A program made the position numbers and the translations under genes. Source: an uncultured Candidatus Binatia bacterium (GTDB lineage Bacteria; Desulfobacterota; Binatia; UBA9968; JAJDTQ01). From it: a DNA stretch of 64,000 nt. Location: the NCBI GenBank assembly GCA_964291295.2, contig OZ219754.1, forward strand, positions 672,001 to 736,000. Direction: 5' to 3'. This document shows, piece by piece, positions 19,920 through 27,869 of this stretch; position 1 is the first letter of the stretch; the number at the start of each line of letters is the position of its first letter. Below the pieces are notes generated by a model that did no database searches, was not told the DNA's origin, and saw only the letters and a list, made by a program, of their open reading frames with translations.

Positions 19920-22298
19920 GTGCCGACCTTGGCTCCCGCCCCGGCGGCGGTCGAGAAGCACACGGCGGCCCGGAGGGTCGTCGTGGCAACCGCTCTGGCC
20001 CTGCTGGCGGCCTGCAGCGGCGGTGGGGATGGTGGGTCCGGCCCCGCGGCTCCTGACCCCGCGGTGCCGCGCCCGCCTGTCGCTCCGCGTCCACCCGCGG
20101 CATCCGACCCGGCGCATCATCTCCGCACACCCCGTTTCACGACACATCAGCCCGTCGTGCTGGAACAGATCGGCGCGCACCATGCCTACGCCAGGGGTCT
20201 GACCGGCAGGGGCGTACGCATCGGCATCGACGATACCATCGTCGACTATACGCAGACCGCTGAATTCGGGAGCCGGGTGAAGCTGCGCGCCGCGGATGGC
20301 GCGGCACTGTTCTACCCGCATCCGCTCGGCGACGAGCCGTTCAGCGACGTGGACCGTTGCCGCAGAAACAGCGCATGCCGAATCTGGCGAGAAAACAGCC
20401 AGGGCGACGATGAAGCCTACAATCGTTGGGTCCGACGGATCGTCAGCGAAGACGGCTGGCCCACGCGGGATGATACGTACTTCTTTGTCGACGAACACTT
20501 CAGCCAGGACGGTTCCATCGGCGAATTCAATCGATGGCGGGAAGTCCCGACGCCTTACGGCGCGAGAGGAGGTCATGGAACCATAGTCGCTTCGGTGGCA
20601 GCCGGGACCCGCCTGGGCGTGGCGCCGGAAGCCACGATCATCCCCATTGCAAGGAATCTGACGAATGATCAAACCGCGGACAGAGAGACGGAGAGGGCGC
20701 TGCAATACTGGATAACGACACTGTCGATCGCAGCGCGCCGGGAGATGGACGACCGGCTGGCGCGCGAGACACGGGCCAACTACGCAAAGTTCGACATCAT
20801 CAACAGATCCTATGGACGGCGCATTTCATCCCTTGCCATCATCAACAGCATCCAGACCGCGGAATGGTACCGAACCTACCTGCCGAAGACCCTGGAGGCC
20901 ATGTGGCAGACTGACAGACCCGATGCCGACAAGACCATTGTCGTCTACGCCGCAGGCAATGACGGCGACTCCTTCCCGGGCTTGGGCGCCGGGCTGCCCT
21001 ATGGCTTCCCGGCGTTGCGCGGGCATTCCCTTGCGGTGGTGGCCACGGACCCGCGAACCGGGCGCATCGCGAGCTATTCCACCCGGTGCGGCCCGCTCCC
21101 GTCGAACTGGGACGCCGCAAGGCACGGACGGCACTATTGCCTTGCCGCGCCCGGCACCGTGAATGGACTCGTGCCCAATCCGAACAGCGCCGGGAACGGC
21201 GACGTGCGCAGTGGGCTGAATGGCACCAGCTACGCCGCGCCCGTGGTCTCCGGCGCCCTCGCCCTGCTGAAGGAACACTTCCGGGGGACCCGGGGAAACA
21301 CGGCCATCGTGAAGCGGATGATCGATACGGCGAATCGGAGCGGAGCGTATGCCGACCTGGAGACATACGGTGCCGGCCACCTGGATATCGCGGCCGCGTT
21401 GACACCGGTCGGTGCGCTGAATGCCGGGCAGTCGGCGCGGGCGCTCCGCCGGACCACGCTTCAGGTTCCCGCCGCTTATGGCTCGGTCTCGGCGCGCGTC
21501 GCCAACATCGAACTGGCGGCGTTCGACGCGCAGAACTTCCCGTTCTGGATTCCCCTCTCCGGGCTGGTCACCGCGCGGCCCGGCGGACGCTCCCCGATCC
21601 CCTACGCGCCGCCGCGGGGTCGGATCGACTCCCCGGCCACCGGGCTCGGCGTTCTCGGTCTGCGCTGGGCAGCGCTGGAAGACTCCGAAGGTCCGCCGTC
21701 CGCGGATGATCGGGAATGGGTCATGGGTATCGGTCCGACATCGGCAAGCCTCGCCCGTCTGCCGCGGGATGATTCCTGGGGATACGGCCTCAGCTTCGAC
21801 AACGAAGGATACCTCGGGTCACGGACCACCGGGGCGTTCGGATCGGACCTTCGCTCCGGCATGGTCTGGACTTCCCGTGCCTTCGAACAAGATATCGGCG
21901 CTGGCTGGATGCTGAACGCCAAGGGGACGTTCGCGCTGGGCCTGCCGCAATACGAAGACGGCGCCCTGTTCTCGGCATCGTCCTCCGTGATGTCCGCCAT
22001 GTCCATGCGGATCGGCACCGAAAGCACGGGGCTCCATGTCGAGCAGCCGCTGCGCGCCGAGTCGGGCACCGGTACGTTCCGTGTGGAGAACGGGCGGGTG
22101 GATAACGGACGACGACGGTACGATGTCTATCGCGTGCCCCTGCGCCCGGATGCACGAGAGGTGCGCATCGCCCTGCGTCACGAGCGACAAGCCCTCGGCG
22201 GCCATATCGCGGTGGACGTCGGCCATTCGATGAATGCCGGCCATGTGCCGGGAGAACACGAAACCAGCATCGGCATCGCCGGGCGCGCAGCCTGGTGA
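19920..22298 (+). CDS. S8 subtilisin-family lipoprotein protease with C-terminal beta-rich domain
   Basis: Lipobox LAAC; GIDD, HGTIVASVAAG, AAGND, GTSYAAPVVSG catalytic motifs; terminal Trp. Confidence 0.88.
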   Translation: MPTLAPAPAAVEKHTAARRVVVATALALLAACSGGGDGGSGPAAPDPAVPRPPVAPRPPAASDPAHHLRTPRFTTHQPVVLEQIGAHHAYARGLTGRGVRIGIDDTIVDYTQTAEFGSRVKLRAADGAALFYPHPLGDEPFSDVDRCRRNSACRIWRENSQGDDEAYNRWVRRIVSEDGWPTRDDTYFFVDEHFSQDGSIGEFNRWREVPTPYGARGGHGTIVASVAAGTRLGVAPEATIIPIARNLTNDQTADRETERALQYWITTLSIAARREMDDRLARETRANYAKFDIINRSYGRRISSLAIINSIQTAEWYRTYLPKTLEAMWQTDRPDADKTIVVYAAGNDGDSFPGLGAGLPYGFPALRGHSLAVVATDPRTGRIASYSTRCGPLPSNWDAARHGRHYCLAAPGTVNGLVPNPNSAGNGDVRSGLNGTSYAAPVVSGALALLKEHFRGTRGNTAIVKRMIDTANRSGAYADLETYGAGHLDIAAALTPVGALNAGQSARALRRTTLQVPAAYGSVSARVANIELAAFDAQNFPFWIPLSGLVTARPGGRSPIPYAPPRGRIDSPATGLGVLGLRWAALEDSEGPPSADDREWVMGIGPTSASLARLPRDDSWGYGLSFDNEGYLGSRTTGAFGSDLRSGMVWTSRAFEQDIGAGWMLNAKGTFALGLPQYEDGALFSASSSVMSAMSMRIGTESTGLHVEQPLRAESGTGTFRVENGRVDNGRRRYDVYRVPLRPDAREVRIALRHERQALGGHIAVDVGHSMNAGHVPGEHETSIGIAGRAAW

Positions 22299-22321
22299 CC
22301 TCCGGGTGAACCGCATCCGCG

Positions 22322-22410
22322 CCTGGGCACCGCACCATGACAGGGGAAAGGCCCACGCACTCCGTTGACCGATCCGCACCCAGGTTCCGGCGCGGCGAAG
22401 GGAAAGATCG
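22322..22410 (+). repeat. Conserved leader of AAA-ATPase genes (copy A)
   Basis: Similar to 44374-44455 (+) and 44670-44756 (-); shared blocks GACAGGGGAAA, CGTTGACCG, CCGGCGC. Confidence 0.65.
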
Positions 22411-23973
22411 ATGACCCGCCGCCGTCTTCCGATCGGGATCCAGAGCTTCCGGCGCCTCCGGGAGACCGACAGCTACTATGTCGACAAGACTGCACTCATC
22501 CGGGATCTGGTGGAGCAGAGTGACCATTATTTCCTGTCCCGTCCGCGCCGCTTCGGCAAGAGCCTGCTGCTCGACACGCTGGGGTCGCTGTTCGCCTGTC
22601 ACGAGCCGCTGTTCCGGGGACTGGAGATCCATCCGCACTGGGACTGGTCCTCGCCGCATCCGGTGGTGCGGCTGAGCTTCGACGGGAAATACAACGAACC
22701 CGGGGACATCGAACGCAACATCCTGACACAACTTGAACTGATCGAACGCAATGCCGGTCTCTCGCCCGCTTCCTGCAGGACCGGACCCGAACGCCTTCTC
22801 AACCTTCTCGACCGCCTCCACAGTGCCACCGGCCGGCAGGTGGTGGTACTGGTGGACGAGTACGACAAGCCCATCCTCGACGTGCTCCACGACCCCGAGC
22901 TTGCGACGGCCAACCGGGACTACCTGCGCGGCTTCTACGGCATCGTCAAAGGCAGTGCCGCGCATGTCCGCTTCGTCTTTGTCACCGGTGTCAGCATGTT
23001 CTCCAAGGTCAGCCTGTTCTCGGGGCTCAACAATCTGAAGGACATCAGCCTCGATCCGCGCTTCGCCACCGTCTGCGGCTACCGGGACGAGGATCTGGAC
23101 CGGGTGTTCGGCCCCGAACTCGCCGGACTGGACCGGGACCAGATCCGCACTTGGTACAACGGCTACCACTGGCGGGGCGGGGAGCGGGTCTACAACCCCT
23201 ACGATGTACTCCTGCTGCTCGACAGCCGCGAGTTCCGTCCCTTCTGGTTCGAGACCGGCTCTCCGAACTTCCTGTTCCGGATGCTGATGGAGAAGTCCGT
23301 GAGCCCGATGGAACTGGAGGGTCGGCTGGCGGACATGTCATTGGTCTCGAAGTTCGATGTCGGTGACATCGACATCGAGGCGCTGCTCTTCCAGACCGGC
23401 TACCTGACCATCGCGGAGGAAGAAAAGGATGGCTTCGACACTCTCTACCGGCTGGACTATCCCAACCTTGAGGTCCGGCTCAGCCTGAACCGCGGATTGC
23501 TCGCCTGGCTGGGGAAAAAGGGCGCCGAGCCGCTGGAGCGGGGCCGGGAGTTCTGCGCGCTCCTGGAAGCCAACGACTTCACGGGCTTCGGCGAGACGCT
23601 CCGCGCCTGGTTGTCGGGAATCCCCTACCAGTGGCATGCCAAGGGCGACCTGTCCCGCTACGAGGCCTGGTATGCGAGCCTTCTCTACATGTGCCTGCGC
23701 GCGGTCGGGGTGGACCTGAGCGTGGAGGAAGCCTCGCATCGCGGCCGTGCGGACATGGTACTGCGTCTCGGCGGGCAGATCTTCATACTGGAGTTCAAGA
23801 TGGCCGAGAGCGAGGACGATGGCGCAGCCGCGCTCGATGCGGCAATGGCGCAGATGCGCGAGCGGGGCTATGCGGAGACCTACCGCGGCCACGACGGTCC
23901 AGTTCACCTGATCGGCGTGGCCTGCGGGCGCGAGGCGCGCAACCTCCTCGACATCCGCGCCCAACCCGCATGA
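22411..23973 (+). CDS. AAA-ATPase-like protein with C-terminal PD-(D/E)XK nuclease domain
   Basis: LPIGIQSF, YYVDKT, SRPRRFGKS, LVDEYDKP, WYNGY, GRADMV...ILEFK. Confidence 0.92.
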   Translation: MTRRRLPIGIQSFRRLRETDSYYVDKTALIRDLVEQSDHYFLSRPRRFGKSLLLDTLGSLFACHEPLFRGLEIHPHWDWSSPHPVVRLSFDGKYNEPGDIERNILTQLELIERNAGLSPASCRTGPERLLNLLDRLHSATGRQVVVLVDEYDKPILDVLHDPELATANRDYLRGFYGIVKGSAAHVRFVFVTGVSMFSKVSLFSGLNNLKDISLDPRFATVCGYRDEDLDRVFGPELAGLDRDQIRTWYNGYHWRGGERVYNPYDVLLLLDSREFRPFWFETGSPNFLFRMLMEKSVSPMELEGRLADMSLVSKFDVGDIDIEALLFQTGYLTIAEEEKDGFDTLYRLDYPNLEVRLSLNRGLLAWLGKKGAEPLERGREFCALLEANDFTGFGETLRAWLSGIPYQWHAKGDLSRYEAWYASLLYMCLRAVGVDLSVEEASHRGRADMVLRLGGQIFILEFKMAESEDDGAAALDAAMAQMRERGYAETYRGHDGPVHLIGVACGREARNLLDIRAQPA

Positions 23974-24006
23974 ACGGCGCCGGTTGCAGGCGCTTCCGGC
24001 TCGGGA

Positions 24007-24082
24007 GCCGGGCAGAGGAGGGGGTCGTTGCCGAGCCCCTCCCCCACAGAACCGGACGTGCCCGCATCAGGGCACCCGGTCG
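24007..24082 (-). ncRNA. Group II intron domain V-VI-like RNA (3' fragment), copy 1
   Basis: 34-nt CGACCGGGTGCCCTGATGCGGGCACGTCCGGTTC, TGT linker, then GGGGGAGGGGCTCGGCAACGACCCCCTCCTCTGCCCGGC hairpin. Confidence 0.75.
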
Positions 24083-24711
24083 CCGTAGAATGCTGACCGG
24101 AAATCCGTACCTGACACATATCCGACGACGCCCTGCTGTTCGGAGCCGCCGAACTGACCGAAACCGCTATAGGTTCTCGACACCCGGCCTCCGGTTTCGG
24201 TCGGAACGGACACGGTCGCGCGTGGTGCAAATCTGCCATTCGTGACGGAAGCACGGGCAAAAGATATCGAGGAGGCCACGCCTTGAATATCTATGTCGGA
24301 ATAAACAAGCGTCGCAAAGACGTCGTCCCCGGCGATGGTCACGTTGATTCTTGCGTTCCCGCTGTCTTGCCCATCAAGATAATCGTTGAGCGAATACCTG
24401 CCAGACCATTTCCCCGACCAGGTTCCCGCAACCGTGGGCTGGTGCATTGGCGAAGAAGCCGTGATCGTCGGATTGCTGCCGTCTGCGTCAAATTGAGCTC
24501 TCAATGCGTATTCCGTGTGTTCAAATCCTACAGCAATACTGCCCTGCGATATAACACTCCACTCTCCCAAATCGTCCATGCCGATACCGGCGCTGGGACC
24601 GCCACCACCACTGCCACCACTGCCACCGCAACCCCCAATTATCAAGCTCATCACCAGAATGACTGAGAGCCAAGCCAGATTCTTTGCAGCTGAGAACACC
24701 GCAGATGTCAT
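24067..24711 (-). CDS. Putative surface lipoprotein (copy 1), Gly-rich linker plus beta-barrel-like domain
   Basis: AGGAGG RBS; LIIGGC followed by GGSGGSGGGG; ends GVVGYV...SAFYGDRVP; paralog at 42569-43216. Confidence 0.8.
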   Translation of the reverse strand: MTSAVFSAAKNLAWLSVILVMSLIIGGCGGSGGSGGGGPSAGIGMDDLGEWSVISQGSIAVGFEHTEYALRAQFDADGSNPTITASSPMHQPTVAGTWSGKWSGRYSLNDYLDGQDSGNARINVTIAGDDVFATLVYSDIDIQGVASSISFARASVTNGRFAPRATVSVPTETGGRVSRTYSGFGQFGGSEQQGVVGYVSGTDFRSAFYGDRVP

Positions 24712-25077
24712 GGAATCTCCTCCTGTTGGTAACGGACAAGTCAGAATTCGGAAGCGTGGATACGGACGACATACGGAAATGATCGCCGTCTTTGCTTTAC
24801 CAATGAGAAGATCGTCGATGGCGGAGAACGGGTTCTCGCCCAGAGTCGTGCGACCCCGGTCGTCTGACGTGAAGGAGCTTCGGTCCTGAAGCAACGGTGC
24901 CCGATGGCGTCGTTGCGGCGGGCGGTGGCCGCCCGGTTTCCCGTGGTGATGGCGAAATTTGGGGGAAGGGGGTCTGGTGCGCCTGCGTGGCCGGCCGCGT
25001 TCAGGCGACGGAAGATCGTCCCGGGGTCATCCGCCGGCTCGGGCCAGCGGCCGGATTCCTGAATTCTGTGTGTGTAA

Positions 25078-25093
25078 GGGGGGGGGGGGGGGG
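25078..25093. repeat. G16 homopolymer
   Basis: 16 consecutive G within the lipoprotein upstream region. Confidence 0.95.
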
Positions 25094-25254
25094 TACAAAG
25101 AGGTCGCGAGCGCGAGGCACTCATGTTCCGGCCGAACGACCGCAGCAGACTGCACATCGCAACGTCGCCCAGCGTCTCCGTCATGCCTTCACCCTCCCGT
25201 ACCGCAGGACCGCCACCGCATCAATGACGGCAGAACCGCAACTTCCAAAGGGTG

Positions 25255-25283
25255 CTTATAGCCCAGATTGAATCCGAATGCAA
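25255..25283 (-). promoter_or_regulatory. Putative sigma70 promoter of the duplicated unit
   Basis: TTGCAT-N17-TATAAG; copy 2 has TTGCAT-N17-TATTTG at 43572-43600. Confidence 0.45.
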
Positions 25284-25291
25284 GCGCTAGG

Positions 25292-27739
25292 CCTACCCAT
25301 GCCCCACAAGTGATGCGAGAGTAAAGAGGGTGGCCGTTGTTTTCACGTTATCTGCTCCATCATGAGTTGGTATCCGATGCACCATTCAACGAGGGTGGCG
25401 TGACCCCGCCATATCACCATTGTTCCCGGGGGTGGTCCACGGGTGCGATGGATATGACCGCCGATCCGCGCCAGGGTGAGGATGGCGGTGGCCAGGGTAT
25501 CGGGAGGGGCGTAGCGCTGTCGCGCGGCGAAGGCCTTCAGCGCCTTGATTTCGAGTTCGGAGAACAGGATGTCGGGTGACAGGTCCGGATGATCGCGTCC
25601 GAGCAGTGTCATCAGGTGAATGCGCCATGCGATGACAAGGTTGATGGCGACGGCCCGGGCGAGGCGGTCGGCTGAGCGGTTTTCGAGTTCCTCGACCTTG
25701 CAACCGGACTTCAGGATCCGGTGCCAGTCCTGGATCCGCCAGCGCCGGGCGTAGTACCCGACCAGGGTCCTGCAGTCCTCCAGGGTGTCGGTGGGAAGGG
25801 TGGTGAACAGCAGCCAGCGGATGGGGAGGGCATCGGCGGGCGTACGCTCCTCCTCCACCATCACCGCCTGCAGGCGGATCGGCGGTTTGCCCTGATTCTT
25901 GGGGCTCGTGGGTGCGAGTTCCACCGTCTGGGCGCGCACCGTCAGGGTGGCGCAGCGCGCCGTGCGGGCGGCCTTGGCCGGGCGCTTGCTTCGCTTGGGC
26001 CGTGGGGTCAGCCGGTCCAAGGCGACGATCAGGGTGCCGAGGACCGGGGCCGCCTGCAGGGCCTTCCGCACCGATGTGGCCGGGCCGGTGGCGCCGTAGG
26101 CATGGACAGCGGCCACCCGGCGGGTCTGCTTGCCTCGCACCAGGATGTCGGCGTCCGGGTGCGCCTGTTGCGTCTCGAAGACCTCGAAGGCGTCCGCCTC
26201 CCGATCCATCACGCAGACCACCCGGCCCTCCGGGAGGTCCCGGCCCAGCGCGGCACAGTTCCGGTACCCTTCGAGCCAGCGTCCGGTCTTGCTCGGTTCG
26301 GGTGTCCTCGGCTCGTCCTTGGCCGGCGGTGCATCAAAACGGGCCCCGACAACCCCCAGCGGCAGGCCGCTCGGGGTCACCGCCAGTGTCGAATGCAGAT
26401 GCAGGCCCCGTGAAACGGCGCCGGTCTGGTTGACACCGATGACCCCGAGCCCCTCGCAGCCCGGACGCGATGCAAAGTTCAGGTCCGTGCCGTCCTGGAT
26501 GCACAGCACCACCGGCTCGGCCCGCATGCGCTCCCGCGTGCGGGCACGGTGCGGCTCCAGGATGGCCGCCGGCGTCACCGCGGTCCTGTGGGGCTGGTCG
26601 ATGAACCGGTAGTACCCCTTGATCTCGGCCCGGTTGCCGCTCGCGGCCTGCGGAAAGGACCCCATCGGTCGTGCTCCCTTCAACTGCGCAATCGCCACCA
26701 GACGGGCGCTCAGACGGGCATCGCCGAACGCCGCGCCGCCCAACTCCGCCCCGGCCCAGGACGGCCCGTCAAGACCCTCCGCCGGGTCCAGCCTGAGGGT
26801 GTCCGCCGGGGGCGGTGAGACACCCAGGCGGGTGCGCCAGTCACCCACCAGTTCATGGATATAGACCGCCTTGCCCCCCACCGCCACAGCGTGGCCACCG
26901 TCCTGCCGACCCCGGCCCGCAGTCTCGCCCAGCCACCGCCAGTTGCCGGCCCGCAGGCTGGCCCCACCATGGGGCGGCGACACGAAGGTCTCCATGAGCC
27001 ATGGCGCGAAACCATAGCGCGCGGCAAAATCCGCCCCGAAGCGGCGCAGAAGCTGTCCCAGCACATGCGACGCCAAGTTGCGGCAGCGCACGTCCGACCG
27101 GATCAGGAACCGGGGCAAACCCACCACCCGGTGCAGATGCTGCCGCCGCGTCGCCGCGTCCCAGCCGATCCAGCGGTCCCGCACCGCAAGCTGCAGGGCC
27201 GATGCCGCCACCCCCATGGCCCCGAGCCAGCCGTGTTCCGACCCCAGCAAATACCGCATCTGCCGCCCCACCAGCGGCCCGGCCCCCTGCGGATGCTCGT
27301 GCTCCATCAGTCCCTGCCAGATCTCCCGCTGTGCCGGATCCACAACCGCAACCAGCGCCAGACCCCGAACCTCACCGACCTCCGCCGGAACCCCCCGTGC
27401 CGGCGCCACCGGCGACGACCGGCGCCGCCGGACACAACTCCCACCGGGCGTTCGCCGGGCCGGAAGCCGGATCTGCCCGGCCCGCTCCAGAGCCCGCAGG
27501 GCGGACAGGCAGGTGGCGACCTGAGGCTGCCCCCGGCCATCGCGGAAACCGAAATCAGCACACAGACGTTCGGCAAGCGCCGTGCGATGCGGAAGGCCCC
27601 CCGCATCCAGAAGCTCGGTGATATGATGCACCGACCCACGCTGCGCAAGCTGGTGCCGGATCTGGTGCTGAACATCCATGCCGACACCGTAGCACCGCCC
27701 GAATCAAATGTTCAGCATCACTTGTGGGGCATGGGTAGG
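25292..27739 (-). mobile_element. IS4-family (IS50/Tn5-like) insertion sequence
   Basis: Perfect 25-bp terminal inverted repeats CCTACCCATGCCCCACAAGTGATGC (25292-25316, 27715-27739) around one transposase ORF; no TSD seen. Confidence 0.93.
25343..27679 (-). CDS. IS4 transposase with N-terminal DUF4338 (DruA-like) domain; catalytic E appears replaced by Q
   Basis: FGDARLSARL, IQDGTDLNF, VMDREAD, YARRWRIQDWHRILKSGC; N-terminus RDRWIGWD...RFLI...NLASHVL...METFV. Confidence 0.9.
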   Translation of the reverse strand: MDVQHQIRHQLAQRGSVHHITELLDAGGLPHRTALAERLCADFGFRDGRGQPQVATCLSALRALERAGQIRLPARRTPGGSCVRRRRSSPVAPARGVPAEVGEVRGLALVAVVDPAQREIWQGLMEHEHPQGAGPLVGRQMRYLLGSEHGWLGAMGVAASALQLAVRDRWIGWDAATRRQHLHRVVGLPRFLIRSDVRCRNLASHVLGQLLRRFGADFAARYGFAPWLMETFVSPPHGGASLRAGNWRWLGETAGRGRQDGGHAVAVGGKAVYIHELVGDWRTRLGVSPPPADTLRLDPAEGLDGPSWAGAELGGAAFGDARLSARLVAIAQLKGARPMGSFPQAASGNRAEIKGYYRFIDQPHRTAVTPAAILEPHRARTRERMRAEPVVLCIQDGTDLNFASRPGCEGLGVIGVNQTGAVSRGLHLHSTLAVTPSGLPLGVVGARFDAPPAKDEPRTPEPSKTGRWLEGYRNCAALGRDLPEGRVVCVMDREADAFEVFETQQAHPDADILVRGKQTRRVAAVHAYGATGPATSVRKALQAAPVLGTLIVALDRLTPRPKRSKRPAKAARTARCATLTVRAQTVELAPTSPKNQGKPPIRLQAVMVEEERTPADALPIRWLLFTTLPTDTLEDCRTLVGYYARRWRIQDWHRILKSGCKVEELENRSADRLARAVAINLVIAWRIHLMTLLGRDHPDLSPDILFSELEIKALKAFAARQRYAPPDTLATAILTLARIGGHIHRTRGPPPGTMVIWRGHATLVEWCIGYQLMMEQIT

Positions 27740-27777
27740 GGTAGTCTTGTTCAATGCAAAAAACATTGGACAAGGCC

Positions 27778-27811
27778 TTGACTTGAGGGGGGGGGGGGGG
27801 GGGAGTATATG
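27778..27811 (+). promoter_or_regulatory. Promoter with G17 spacer upstream of the RTX gene
   Basis: TTGACT-TGA-G17(27787-27803)-AG-TATATG. Confidence 0.65.
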
Positions 27812-27869
27812 TCAGTGTCAGCGTGACGGATGGTTTGGAGAGGGTGGCTTACAGACAGGAGGATTTGCG

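Larger units (their letters stand above)
24007..25285 (-). repeat. Duplicated unit (promoter-leader-lipoprotein-DV/DVI), copy 1
   Basis: Colinear similarity to 42513-43602 including non-coding sequence. Confidence 0.9.

Noticed and set aside
15300-19920. selC (tRNA-Sec) beside selABD
   Set aside because: No tRNA-like cloverleaf was recognised in the intergenic gaps; no tRNA or rRNA was seen in the window.
24007-25285. Complete autonomous group II intron
   Set aside because: No reverse transcriptase ORF, no convincing GTGCG 5' end or DI-DIII, and an altered catalytic triad; only DV-DVI is reported.
27708-27869. N-terminal extension of the RTX ORF through the poly-G tract
   Set aside because: It begins inside the IS end; a strong AGGAGG precedes ATG 27870, so the tract is treated as promoter.
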